Assembly: GCA_964502005.1 (NCBI GenBank)
Contig: CAZCUX010000027.1
Coordinates: forward strand, 30,219 to 94,218
Reading direction: 5' to 3'
DNA length: 64,000 bases
From: an uncultured Enterobacterales bacterium
GTDB lineage: Bacteria; Myxococcota_A; UBA796; UBA2385
Shown here: positions 27,290 through 37,379 of the stretch, one piece after another
Layout: each line of letters starts with the position of its first letter
Numbering within the stretch: position 1 is the first letter of the stretch
Program-made: the position numbers and the translations under genes
The notes under the pieces: model-generated
What the model was told of the DNA's origin: nothing
What the model saw: the letters and a program-made list of their open reading frames with translations, nothing else
Database searches by the model: none

Positions 27290-28423
27290 TTAGGGTGACG
27301 CTTCTGCGCGAAGCCGACCGCGCCACGCCGTACACGTCGCGGCGTCATTGCCGGTCATGGCTTCGCACGCACCATCCAAAACATTGGCCGCATCGCCCTT
27401 TCGACCCGCCTCCGACAGCGCGCGCGCGAGCTGGGTGCGGGTGATGGCCGATGGCTGGGCCGCCAACGCCGCAATGGCGCCGTCGAGGTCGCCGGTCAAG
27501 ATGCGCAAGCCCACGGACAAATTGGCCACATCTTGCCGGTCAGCATCCGAGGCCACGGGCACCAAAGCGAGCAAACGGAGGGCCATCGCCGGTTCGCCCG
27601 CGTCGCGAACGAGGCGGACGTGGGCGATCATCGTGCCCGGCTGTAATTCCGAGACAGCGCCGCGTCCGATGGCTTTGAGGGCTTGGCTCGCCGGCCCGAC
27701 CTGGCCCGCCGCAACGGCGCAGCGCCAGATGAGAATTTGCAGTGACGCGATGTTTTCATCCGTGGGGTCCGCCTCCGCCAGCGCGCCTTGCGCCTCGGCC
27801 AAGCATGCTGCCGGCTGACCGGCGTTGAGCCAACCCGACGCACGATTGGCGCGCGTGACCGTGTTGACCCGCCGTCCCAAGGCCTGCCGCACGCGTGCTG
27901 GCGCGCCATCGGGGTCCAAGGCCACCAGCTCGGTCGCCGCGACCCGAAGTTCGGGCAATTCGCCGTGTTTGTCCAAGGCCGCCACGATGTCGCGCCACGC
28001 TCCGGCACGGTCGCCCAAAATGGCCTTGACCACAATCTCCGCCCGGATGCGTTGGGCATGGTCGGGCGCGGCTGCCCCTTGGAGGACCCCGAGAATCCGC
28101 CGTGAATCAGCGGCGTGCCCTTGGCGCGCCGCCACGATCGCCCCCACCGCCAGGGCCTCGGGCTCCGCCGTCGGCTGGGCCAGCGCCAGCGACAGGTCGT
28201 CCCACGCCCATTCGAGGCGACCGAGTTGGTAGAGGCATACCCCCCGCGCGCGTCGTGCGTCCAAGTTGCCAGGATTGGCTGTCACGGCGGATTCCAGCGC
28301 GGGGAGGTCGGCGGCGCATGGAAGCGGAGCGCCCGTCAGACCATCCAGCACCGGAGCGAGGTCTTCAGCCGAAGTGAGGCCGAGCCAAAGGCGCGCAAGG
28401 GTTGCACCCAACGAAACCATCAT
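27290..28423 (-). CDS. TPR-like repeat protein
   Basis: ATG at 28423 lies 8 nt after GGAGG. Ala/Leu-rich helical repeats with TPR-like periodicity. Confidence 0.55.
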   Translation of the reverse strand: MMVSLGATLARLWLGLTSAEDLAPVLDGLTGAPLPCAADLPALESAVTANPGNLDARRARGVCLYQLGRLEWAWDDLSLALAQPTAEPEALAVGAIVAARQGHAADSRRILGVLQGAAAPDHAQRIRAEIVVKAILGDRAGAWRDIVAALDKHGELPELRVAATELVALDPDGAPARVRQALGRRVNTVTRANRASGWLNAGQPAACLAEAQGALAEADPTDENIASLQILIWRCAVAAGQVGPASQALKAIGRGAVSELQPGTMIAHVRLVRDAGEPAMALRLLALVPVASDADRQDVANLSVGLRILTGDLDGAIAALAAQPSAITRTQLARALSEAGRKGDAANVLDGACEAMTGNDAATCTAWRGRLRAEASP

Positions 28424-28547
28424 CGGCGTATCCTCCAAACCCATGCGTGCTGGCACATCTTCGTCATTGTAGCCGCTCCATCATCCACTTCCCACCGCGC
28501 ATCGGTGTACAGATGAACAACCCACCCAACCACGCTACACCAACCCG

Positions 28548-29222
28548 ATGGACTCCTGGACCTACTCTCCACCCTCTGCTCCTTTGGTCGTCGTATATGC
28601 AGACCGCGACATCGTGGTCATCGACAAACCATCGGGACTATTGAGCGTGCCGGGCCGACTGAATGGCGATTCAGCCACCTATCGCCTCGCCCAAGTCCAC
28701 CCCCACGTCTACCCGGTCCACCGCCTCGACCTCGATACGTCCGGGCTTTTCGTGGTTGCGCTGCGCCGCAAGGCGGAGCGGGAGCTATTTCGGCAGTTTC
28801 GGGAACGAGAGGTGCAGAAGACGTACTTCGCCGTGGTTCATGGCCTGCCTTCGTTTTCGTCCACTGTGATCGATGCCCCGCTCCGCCGCTGCACCGACGG
28901 GCCGCGCTCCGAAGTGGACCCCATCCACGGAAAACCAGCCGTGACGGAGGTTACCGTCTGCGAGCGCGGGTCGCGCACCACCTTGCTGCGCCTGCACCCC
29001 CAGACCGGACGCAGCCACCAACTTCGCGTACACCTCGCGTCTATCGGGCATCCCATCGTCGGCGACCGCTTTTATGGTCCCCCCGAACCGAGCCATGGCC
29101 GCCTGCGCCTGCACGCAGCCGAGCTACGGCTGGCACACCCGTTCGACAAACGCCCGATGGCCTTCACGTCGCCGGTGCCCTTTGGGCTTGAATTGCCCCC
29201 AGAGTCCCCGTCGGGCGCCTGA
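28548..29222 (+). CDS. RluA-family pseudouridine synthase
   Basis: VIDKPSGLLSVPG, HRLDLDTSGLFVVAL (catalytic Asp) and GRSHQLRVH. Confidence 0.9.
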   Translation: MDSWTYSPPSAPLVVVYADRDIVVIDKPSGLLSVPGRLNGDSATYRLAQVHPHVYPVHRLDLDTSGLFVVALRRKAERELFRQFREREVQKTYFAVVHGLPSFSSTVIDAPLRRCTDGPRSEVDPIHGKPAVTEVTVCERGSRTTLLRLHPQTGRSHQLRVHLASIGHPIVGDRFYGPPEPSHGRLRLHAAELRLAHPFDKRPMAFTSPVPFGLELPPESPSGA

Positions 29223-29230
29223 ATCGCGAT

Positions 29231-31585
29231 TCATTCGCACAACGACGAGGTATCGACCGTCGCGATGTTGTTGTCCTCATCGCACTCTTTGGCCATGCCC
29301 CACACGGTCGAGCCGCTGCCGACCGAGGGGTCGTCTACCCACACTTCAAGCCGGTCGTAGGACGCCCAGTCCACACCTTCAAATGCCAAGGCCTCCGACA
29401 CATCGCCTGGGGACACGGGCGCCGCTAGCAGTTGGGTGTCAAGCACCGTCGTGCGGCTCCCCGACACACCCACGAGGCTCACCGGAACCCCCGCATCGAC
29501 CGTGATATAGGCCGCCACATTGGCCACTTGCACCCACATCGTCGCCGGTTGCCCACACTCCGTCTGGCAAACCTCGATGCGCGGCGCCACGTCCGAGGCG
29601 GCCAAGGCCCCAAATGCGCCCGGGGCTTGCAGCCGGAACGAGTTGAGGTTGTCGCTCGTATAGGGCGCATAGTTGGGGGCGGCGACGCCAATCATGCCGT
29701 CGTCATCGATATTTGTGACGTAATAGGCGTGCTGGTTCCAATGGGGACGGGCGCTCACCCAGTCGTCGTCGGCGGCGCCCAATAGATAGAACCCGTACTG
29801 GGTCATGGCGTCGGGGCGCGGCGAATTCAACACCAACAGCTCGGACTTGCCGTCTCCGTCTACATCGGCCACGAGCGGGTACTCGTGAATGGTCCACGAC
29901 TTGTGGTTGGTGTCTTCGAGGACGGTCGTAAACCGCTCCCAGGGCCGCATGCTGCCCGAGCCTGTGATCTGCCAGACATAGAGCGCGTCTTCGTCGCCAT
30001 AGACCACTTCATCGGTGCCGTCGCCGTTGAAGTCGAACACCGTCGCCCCCGTCGACGCGCTCGACCAATCGCGGGTGGGGGTCATGGCTGCATACTGAAG
30101 GCCGCTGGAGTCCACATCATAAATGGTGAACCAGCAGGCGCCGGCGACACCGACCTCCCGGCTGCCGTCGCCCGTAAAGTCAGCGATGGTGGGCGGTCCC
30201 CCGAAGCTGCGCCGGGTGCGGTCGCAATCGGGGTGCGCGGGGAGCTGGCTCCCAATGCTGGTGTCATAGGGGTCGTTGGTAAGTGTATCTATTTCGATAC
30301 AACGGTCATATCCGTAAGCATCATAACTTACCACCCCATGATAAAGACTGACGGACTGGTTGCCGGTGACCACAATCTCCGGTTCGCCAGCCGTATCGCC
30401 CGCAAAGCGCGCCATATCGGCGACAGCGGGGTAGCCGTCGTCGGCCTTGACCCAGGTGGTGCCTTCGTAGCGCCCAAGCTCGCAGTAGACATCGCCATCG
30501 GCGGTATAGACCGTCGAACCGGCGACCACCTCCATTTCTAAGCCGTCGCCGTCCATGTCGTAAGCGAAGGAATGGAAGCCGGAGTTCCAATAGCCCTCCG
30601 AGCCGACGTACCAGGCGTTGTACCAGCCGCGTCCCCCCGTACCTTCCCAGCGAAGCGAAAGGTCGGCGCCTTCAAACACCATACGGCCGAGAATAATCTC
30701 TACCGCGCCGTCGCCGTCGAGGTCGGCCAAAGCAGGCGCGTGGGAGGACTTCACCGAGTATCCTTCGGCCCGGCACCAAACGCTGTCTTCCCCTACACCA
30801 TCCAGGCTGAGAACGCCGTTCTGCGCGACCTCGTAGACTGCGGGGTAACAATCGCCCGAAGACTGGCCGATGACCGTGGTGACGATTTCGGTGAGCCCAT
30901 CGAGGTCGATGTCGCCCATCGCGACGCCTGCGAAAAGGAACGGCGCGTACGCATCGGCGCCATTGGCGTTGGTGTGGTTTGCCCACTCCAAGGTGTCCCA
31001 AACGCGGGCGCCATCGCCGGAAACGAGCCGCAAGACGCTGTGGACATCGCCCGAGAACTCGTCGCCCGTCACAATCGCGATGTCGGGGGTGTCGTCGCCA
31101 TCGACCACACGGTCGCTGTTGTCGTCGGTGGCCTGGCCGACAGCCGGGGACTGAAACACCGCCGTCATCGTGGGGCTATCGACGAAGGCGTAGGCGGGCA
31201 CGCTCGAACCATCGCTGGGGTCGACGAGCGCATGGGACATGCTCCACTCCACCCGCGCAGAAAAATCGGTGCCGCTCGCCTCGGGCACATACGTACAATC
31301 CGAGGTGGTGGCCGTGGTTCCGGCTGCCGGTGGGTCGTCGCACGTGACCGGTTCGGTTCCGTCGCCACCGGTTTCCCCACCGTCGCCACCGCCATCTGCG
31401 CCACCGCCGTCGTCCCCCGATCCTCCGCCGTCGGTTTCGCCGGTGCCGTCGGTTTCGCCGCCGTCGCCACGCCCTTCAGGTGCGCCGCCCTTCCCCGCGA
31501 GGTCGGAGGAACAGGCCCCTGCCCCTACGCTCAATACGCAAAAAAAGACCGCAACAAAGGGTATTCTCGAAGACATCGCCGCCAT
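29231..31585 (-). CDS. FG-GAP/VCBS repeat lipoprotein
   Basis: FCVLSVGAGAC lipobox, a Gly/Asp-rich linker and repeated DxDGDG motifs (DLDGDGAVEI, DMDGDGLEME, DFNGDGTDEV, DVDGDGKSEL). Confidence 0.8.
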   Translation of the reverse strand: MAAMSSRIPFVAVFFCVLSVGAGACSSDLAGKGGAPEGRGDGGETDGTGETDGGGSGDDGGGADGGGDGGETGGDGTEPVTCDDPPAAGTTATTSDCTYVPEASGTDFSARVEWSMSHALVDPSDGSSVPAYAFVDSPTMTAVFQSPAVGQATDDNSDRVVDGDDTPDIAIVTGDEFSGDVHSVLRLVSGDGARVWDTLEWANHTNANGADAYAPFLFAGVAMGDIDLDGLTEIVTTVIGQSSGDCYPAVYEVAQNGVLSLDGVGEDSVWCRAEGYSVKSSHAPALADLDGDGAVEIILGRMVFEGADLSLRWEGTGGRGWYNAWYVGSEGYWNSGFHSFAYDMDGDGLEMEVVAGSTVYTADGDVYCELGRYEGTTWVKADDGYPAVADMARFAGDTAGEPEIVVTGNQSVSLYHGVVSYDAYGYDRCIEIDTLTNDPYDTSIGSQLPAHPDCDRTRRSFGGPPTIADFTGDGSREVGVAGACWFTIYDVDSSGLQYAAMTPTRDWSSASTGATVFDFNGDGTDEVVYGDEDALYVWQITGSGSMRPWERFTTVLEDTNHKSWTIHEYPLVADVDGDGKSELLVLNSPRPDAMTQYGFYLLGAADDDWVSARPHWNQHAYYVTNIDDDGMIGVAAPNYAPYTSDNLNSFRLQAPGAFGALAASDVAPRIEVCQTECGQPATMWVQVANVAAYITVDAGVPVSLVGVSGSRTTVLDTQLLAAPVSPGDVSEALAFEGVDWASYDRLEVWVDDPSVGSGSTVWGMAKECDEDNNIATVDTSSLCE

Positions 31586-31899
31586 CCTGTTTCAACAAGA
31601 TACGCCCGTTGTAACCTCAAATGGAACAGACGATGCGCCCACCTTCAACCGGTTTGACGATTGCGCTTCGTGTCGGCGAACCGTGAAAACAAGATGCACA
31701 CCCGTGACACGCCTGCGGGTAGCGGTCGCCGCTGGAATCGGGCAAAACGCAAGCGCAACTCCCCAGGTCACAACGATTGACCCCGAGATGGCACAACACA
31801 GGCGCACCCGGCTGGTTACCCGCCCCCCGTCGAACACAAGACGGTTGACCGACCCCGCTGTGGTCCGTCTACCCCACGCAAATACCCGGAGACAAACCC

Positions 31900-32814
31900 A
31901 TGGCACTGCCCCGTGAACTCCTCCTGCTGGCCGGTCTGACGATTGGCGCAATGGCTTGCGAACCCGACACCAGCAAAGATGGCTCGACCACCGACAACGC
32001 CGATGGCGGCGCTGGTGACGACGGCCTCGGCGGCGACGGCACAGGCGATGGTGGCTCCGGCGACGGCGGCTCCGGCGACGGCGGCTCCGGCGACGGCGGC
32101 TCCGGCGATGGTTCGGGCGACGGCAGCTCCGTAGATTGCTCTACGCCCGTCGACCTCTCCGTGTGGCTCGACGCCGACACCTTCGACGCCAGCTTGCTGA
32201 CCACCACGCCCTACTCCAACGATGCGGGCATCGGCGCCGTATTGGCTGCCGTCCCTGGTGATGGCGAAACCGTCGCGGTCGACCTCGCGATCAACGAAGC
32301 GGTCATCACCAACGTCGGCTACGCCCCCGATGGCGCTTCGCCGGACATCTGGTTCGCCGATGCGAGCGGCGCGTTGTTCACCTACCGCGTCGAAGGCACC
32401 GTGGGCGCCAAGCCCGGCGACACCGTGAGCATGGTCGTCACCGAAATCACGAACTACTTCGGCAAGCCGGAAATCACGGGCGCCACCAACGTGACCGTGT
32501 CGTCGTCGGCCCAGCCGATTTATTATATCGCGGGCACCGGCACCTCCCTCGATTACGCCACCCAAGGCCGTCAAAACGTCCACCTCTACGGCACTCTCGT
32601 CGCCGAAGAAGGCGCATGCGGCGGGTCGTACACCTGCTTCACGATGGACCACGGCGGCCAGACCGTCACCTACCGCATCAACCTCGAAAACTTGGGCGAT
32701 TACCCCGACCAAGTCGGTGATTGCATCCAGGTCTTCGCGCCGATGGACGTGTTTGACGGCGCGCCCCAGATGAACATCACCAACTACGACTGGCGTTACG
32801 TCGTCTTCCTGTAG
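31900..32814 (+). CDS. lipoprotein with a GDGGS linker and an OB-like domain
   Basis: LLLAGLTIGAMAC lipobox, a (GDGGS)n linker and GDTVSMVVTEITNYFGKPEI, which resembles the OB module of ExeM/NucH-type extracellular nucleases. Confidence 0.6.
   Translation: MALPRELLLLAGLTIGAMACEPDTSKDGSTTDNADGGAGDDGLGGDGTGDGGSGDGGSGDGGSGDGGSGDGSGDGSSVDCSTPVDLSVWLDADTFDASLLTTTPYSNDAGIGAVLAAVPGDGETVAVDLAINEAVITNVGYAPDGASPDIWFADASGALFTYRVEGTVGAKPGDTVSMVVTEITNYFGKPEITGATNVTVSSSAQPIYYIAGTGTSLDYATQGRQNVHLYGTLVAEEGACGGSYTCFTMDHGGQTVTYRINLENLGDYPDQVGDCIQVFAPMDVFDGAPQMNITNYDWRYVVFL
32044..32130 (+). repeat. in-frame 15-nt tandem repeat (GGCGACGGCGGCTCC)
   Basis: Four consecutive units at 32044-32103, the first with two substitutions, followed by degenerate copies. 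They encode GDGGSGDGGSGDGGSGDGGSGDGSGDGSS. Confidence 0.9.
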
Positions 32815-32882
32815 GCCGACCCGAGGTCCTCTGGCCTCCATCGGGGGCCAGATTCCCCCCACCCCGATGAGGCTGGACCCCG

Positions 32883-33800
32883 ATGCGTAGACCCTTGTTT
32901 TGGTTGACTGTTGTTGGATTTGCGGGCTGTGTCGATGCTCGCGAGACTCCCGAAGATGTCTCTGGCTGGTACAACCAGGGCGAAGCTGTTTCGATTGAGG
33001 AGGCCATCTCGTTCACAACGACCGAGTACGCGCTTCCGGAAAACAGCAACGACGGCATCGGGGACTACGCGTCGCGGGTGTTTCCGGTTGGTGAATGGGA
33101 CTCCGCCAATCCCCAGGATTTGTGGGCCATCAAATATGGTCCCGGCGAAGGGTTCACCGGAGACTGCGGCGTGCTCGAAGATGATGCCCTGCCCTTCGAG
33201 GTAGAAGGCATCGTCACTCTGCATCCATCCTGGTACATCAAATCGTATGGATGCGCGACCGAGCCGGACAACACCTACACCCCGGATAGTGAGGAGAAGT
33301 ACTATAGCTCGTACTTCATCCAAGACCGCACCGGTGGGTTGTTTGTGCTGTTTGACTCGCGGGTAGCGCCCTTTACGGTCGGCGACCGCGTTCGACTGCG
33401 CGTGCGCGCGGTGCGCTCGAACCACTGGGACGACGGGGGCGAGTACCTGGGCAGCCAGGACATGATTTACGCCCACGACATCGTCTCTGTCGAGCGGGAG
33501 TCCTCGCCGATTTATTACGTCGAAGTCGACGAGCCCCTGAACATTCGCCACGTCAACCGCGTCGTGCGAGCCAGCGGAACGGTCGTCGACATCGACGAGA
33601 GCTTCAACAACGTCACTGTCGAGACGGAAAGCGGCGCCCAGGTGGTCTACTCCTTGGGCCTCGACCTCGGGCGGCGTCCATCGGCCCACGCCGAAGTGGG
33701 CGACCATGTGGTCGCTACCGGCCCCGTTCTCCTCAGCTACGACACCTTCACCATTTCCGTCGCTCAGGTGGGCCAGCTCACCATCGACCGCCCCGAATGA
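32883..33800 (+). CDS. lipoprotein with an OB-like domain
   Basis: WLTVVGFAGC lipobox. YFIQDRTGGLFVLFDSRVAPFTVGDRVRLRVRAV resembles the nuclease-associated OB module. Confidence 0.6.
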   Translation: MRRPLFWLTVVGFAGCVDARETPEDVSGWYNQGEAVSIEEAISFTTTEYALPENSNDGIGDYASRVFPVGEWDSANPQDLWAIKYGPGEGFTGDCGVLEDDALPFEVEGIVTLHPSWYIKSYGCATEPDNTYTPDSEEKYYSSYFIQDRTGGLFVLFDSRVAPFTVGDRVRLRVRAVRSNHWDDGGEYLGSQDMIYAHDIVSVERESSPIYYVEVDEPLNIRHVNRVVRASGTVVDIDESFNNVTVETESGAQVVYSLGLDLGRRPSAHAEVGDHVVATGPVLLSYDTFTISVAQVGQLTIDRPE

Positions 33801-35425
33801 CGCTCCGTATCCTCTACCGGAGCCTTGCTTCTCGGAGACACCCCGTGCCTATTCCCGCATCGCTGGTCCTGCTCGCCTTGCCGTCTCTGGCCGGCGCCCA
33901 AAGCAGCACGGATGACCTTGAGTATCGTTCGTCCGACCTCAACCGCCAAAAGGACAAGCTCGAAGTTCGCGGCGGTTTTGAAGCCCAATGGCACGAATAC
34001 GACAACCTTGACATGCGCGCGTTGACCGAAGAGAGCGACCAAGCCATCCTAGACAGCGACGACCGAAACTCATTTGCATTCACCGGTGTGCAGATTGAGC
34101 TCGGCTACAAAGCCGACGAAAAGACGCGCCTCGTCGTGGGTGCGAGCCATCGTGGCTTGTGGGGCAACGACCAAATCGGCAGCGTCAACCAGTATGGCAG
34201 CTTGCTCTATTTTACGAGCTTGTATGTAGACTACGCCCCGACCGGCTTGAAGCAAAGCCCCGTCACGATTCGTATGGGACGCGAATACTACGAGCTGGGC
34301 GGTCTTGGCGGCGCCAAGGATTTCGTGCTCGCGGACGTGCTCGACCAGGTTCGCGTCACGGTCAAGACGGGTGAAATCGGTCGCTTGGAGATTGTGCCCA
34401 TCACGGTTGTGGGCTCGTCGTCTCAAAACGACAACGCAAACTTTGTTTCGTATATCGGCCAAAGCGCGTCCCAAAGTTTTGGTTTCCGCGGCGACCACAT
34501 GACCCGTCGCTTCGGGGGCATGTATGTCCTCGACGGCATCGAGTCTTTGGATGTACGCGCCTACGCCTTTTACACGGACATCGGCGCGCTCGGCACCGGC
34601 TCCGACATCTCGTACAACGGCACGTTGGGCAACTTCGCGGACAACGACTGGGCGGCCAACGCCGGTCTGCGCGCGTCGTACACCATTGCCGATGTGGTCA
34701 CGCCGTTCGCCAGCTTGGACATGAGCACCGGCCTCGACCGAAAGGAAGAAGTCGCCCTCGATGTCACCAACTACGGCAAGGCATTGTATGGCGGCGTGGT
34801 CGTTGACAATCGCGACAAAGAAGGCACGGGCGTTCGCGCTGAGGCCACCTTCTTCCGGGCCGATGGCCCGACATTCGACGCCGATACCGCGCTGCAATCG
34901 AGCCACGGCTACGTTGGCATGAAAGCGCGTCAGGTCGGTGGCACCATCGTCGACCGCTTTTTGGGCTGGCACCCTACCGCCTATGTCGGAATGTTCGGTA
35001 TCTCCGACAATCCGCAGGATATGAGCCGAAAGAGCGGCACACAGGCCATTCACGCGAGCGCGGGCTATACCTTCGGCTTTGGTTTTGGGGTCGAAGCCGC
35101 GTGGTGGTCCCTCACCGACACCGGCAGCACGGCGTTCAAGCTCGATACCTTGGCGGACATGAACCCTCCCTTTGGGTACAGCCGGGCCGAGTTCCAAGCC
35201 CAAGAGCGCCTCGGCAAGTCTCTCGGCCAAGAAATCGACCTCACGCTCACCCAGCGTTTGAGCGACAGCCTCAGCTTTTCGGTCAACGGTGGCTACTTCA
35301 ATCCGGGTGAGTTCTACGACATCCAGATTGAGCGCGTCGCAGGTACCGCCCTCGGTCCCACCGCTCCCGGCAAACAAGCCGAAAACGTGTGGGCCATCAA
35401 CGCTGGCACCCGGATGAGGTTCTGA
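33797..35425 (+). CDS. outer-membrane beta-barrel protein
   Basis: ATGA overlap with the upstream gene. LALPSLAGAQS signal peptide. Amphipathic strand pattern and a terminal ...GTRMRF. Confidence 0.7.
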   Translation: MTLRILYRSLASRRHPVPIPASLVLLALPSLAGAQSSTDDLEYRSSDLNRQKDKLEVRGGFEAQWHEYDNLDMRALTEESDQAILDSDDRNSFAFTGVQIELGYKADEKTRLVVGASHRGLWGNDQIGSVNQYGSLLYFTSLYVDYAPTGLKQSPVTIRMGREYYELGGLGGAKDFVLADVLDQVRVTVKTGEIGRLEIVPITVVGSSSQNDNANFVSYIGQSASQSFGFRGDHMTRRFGGMYVLDGIESLDVRAYAFYTDIGALGTGSDISYNGTLGNFADNDWAANAGLRASYTIADVVTPFASLDMSTGLDRKEEVALDVTNYGKALYGGVVVDNRDKEGTGVRAEATFFRADGPTFDADTALQSSHGYVGMKARQVGGTIVDRFLGWHPTAYVGMFGISDNPQDMSRKSGTQAIHASAGYTFGFGFGVEAAWWSLTDTGSTAFKLDTLADMNPPFGYSRAEFQAQERLGKSLGQEIDLTLTQRLSDSLSFSVNGGYFNPGEFYDIQIERVAGTALGPTAPGKQAENVWAINAGTRMRF

Positions 35426-36147
35426 TGCGGTTTGCCCTCCTCTTTGTCCCGGCTGTCCTCGTGGCCTGTCACAACGAGGACCCCTCGGGCGAAATGACCG
35501 AGACTGTCGGCTATCGGGCCGGCACGGGCGACACCACATCGGGCGAGCGCGGCACGCTCAAAATCTCCGAAGTGCTGTGGTCGGGCAGCGTCACCAACGA
35601 TGGCGTGCGGGATGCCACCGACGTTTTTGTGGAAATCAAGAACGAAGGCTCGAACCCCGTCAACGTTGTGGGCTGGCTGCTCGAACAAGAGGGCTCGATT
35701 CAGCACACCTACCCCATACCCGAAGGAAACACGGTGATTGGGGTTGGTCAACGCATTGTTATAGCGGCCAAAAATACCGGCTGTTTTCCCAGTGCGGACG
35801 TAATTTTGCCCGAACTTCGGTTCATCGACGGCGACCCCTTCTCGCTTACCTTGATGGACAAAGACGAGCGCCTCATCGAGCCGATTGGCGACCGCTCCAT
35901 GCCGCCGTTCGCCGGGGGCTACGACCTCGTGCGCAGCCGCTCGATGGAACGCATCGAGATGATGTTTGGCGGGTACGGCTCCGAGCCCCAAGCGTGGCAC
36001 TATTACACGCCGCTGCTCGACGAAGAGGAAGACCTCCCCAACAACGACCTCGTCGCCGAAAACTGCCGCCAATACACCCTGGCCTCGCCCGGACGCGCGA
36101 ACTCCCCCGATTATTCGGGCGCGTTCGCCGCGGGCAACCTGGAGTGA
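35425..36147 (+). CDS. lamin-tail-domain (LTD) lipoprotein
   Basis: TGATG overlap with the upstream gene. FVPAVLVAC lipobox. LKISEVLWSG...DVFVEIKNEGSNPVNVVGWLL...ASPGRAN. Confidence 0.7.
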   Translation: MRFALLFVPAVLVACHNEDPSGEMTETVGYRAGTGDTTSGERGTLKISEVLWSGSVTNDGVRDATDVFVEIKNEGSNPVNVVGWLLEQEGSIQHTYPIPEGNTVIGVGQRIVIAAKNTGCFPSADVILPELRFIDGDPFSLTLMDKDERLIEPIGDRSMPPFAGGYDLVRSRSMERIEMMFGGYGSEPQAWHYYTPLLDEEEDLPNNDLVAENCRQYTLASPGRANSPDYSGAFAAGNLE

Positions 36148-36149
36148 AC

Positions 36150-37379
36150 ATGCAACCGCACCGCATTCTGGGTGGATTGTTGTGCCTCGGCTGGGTCGGC
36201 TGCGCGCCGCCCAATCCCGCCGAAGGCTTCATCAACCTCGAACAGTTTGTCGATGAAGACGGACCCAGCACCAACCAACGGTACGTCGAGCTGATGAACG
36301 CAGCCGAGCACGACCTGCGCGTTGCGTTGCCGGCGTTCTCCGACGTGGCCCTCGCGACCGCGTTTGCAGATGCCGTCGACCGCGGCGTCGATGCGCGGCT
36401 GGTCATCGACTACGACAGCGCCGAAGAAGAAGGTGTTGTCGCGCTTGCCGAGCGGGGCATCGATTGTATGCTCGCCGAAGACACGCTGGCGATGCGTCTG
36501 GAGGGCATGGAGCCCCCCTGCATTCTGGCCGACGACGGCGTGCAATACTTTGACTTCGGCAACAACGTCGAAGTGACCGTGCCTTCGCGTGCTATCCAGA
36601 TGACCCACGCATTTGCCGTCGCCGACCGCGTGAACATCGTGCGGTCCAACCGGGCAGGCGACACCTTGGGCGGCACACGGCTTACTTTTGTCGGCCAAGG
36701 CGAAGACCTCGGCGACGACCTCTCCTGGGAGCACCAGCAGCTTCACGGCGGCACCGACGCTTCGACGCTCACTGCGTTTTCGTCGTCGGCCAAGTCGATT
36801 ACCGACAACCGCTGGATGTATCCGACCCAAACCCCCCTCGTCGTCGAGATGTGGGTCGGCCCCCAAGAGCGCGTCATCAAGCGCGTAATTGACGCCATCT
36901 ACCGCGCACGCAGCGGTGTGTACGTGCTCACCGACGACTTCGTAGATGTCAGCGTTGCGCGCGCGCTCGACCAAAAGGCGGCAGACGGCTTCAATGTGCA
37001 AGCCATCGTCGGTCCCCGCTTTGGCGACACCCGCCCGGAGCTTTCGCGGACCTTCTACGAGACCGCCAACATCCAGAAGTACCGCGTGACCGATGAAAGC
37101 GTCGAGACGGTACCCACCATCGTCCTGGTGGACTGGGATGCCGACCGCGTCGGTGGTCGCCCCATGACGCAAGCCTTCTTGCTCACCCACGACATCGCGT
37201 CCACCAGCCGCTATATCGGCTCGGGCTCCACCATCGAAGTGCTCGACCAATCGGACCAGCTCATGGACGGCAACCTGTTCGTGCTCGATGCATGGGGCGC
37301 CGACGCCGACAATTCGCCCGAAATCGGCCAGATTACCGATGTGCTGCTCGCCTACCGCGATCTCGCAGAGGAAATGTGA
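36150..37379 (+). CDS. PLD-like domain lipoprotein with degenerate HKD motifs
   Basis: GGAG lies 5 nt before the ATG. LLCLGWVGC lipobox. The layout parallels the next gene, but the HxK(x)4D positions read THAFAVAD and LTHDIAST, with the Lys lost. Confidence 0.55.
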   Translation: MQPHRILGGLLCLGWVGCAPPNPAEGFINLEQFVDEDGPSTNQRYVELMNAAEHDLRVALPAFSDVALATAFADAVDRGVDARLVIDYDSAEEEGVVALAERGIDCMLAEDTLAMRLEGMEPPCILADDGVQYFDFGNNVEVTVPSRAIQMTHAFAVADRVNIVRSNRAGDTLGGTRLTFVGQGEDLGDDLSWEHQQLHGGTDASTLTAFSSSAKSITDNRWMYPTQTPLVVEMWVGPQERVIKRVIDAIYRARSGVYVLTDDFVDVSVARALDQKAADGFNVQAIVGPRFGDTRPELSRTFYETANIQKYRVTDESVETVPTIVLVDWDADRVGGRPMTQAFLLTHDIASTSRYIGSGSTIEVLDQSDQLMDGNLFVLDAWGADADNSPEIGQITDVLLAYRDLAEEM

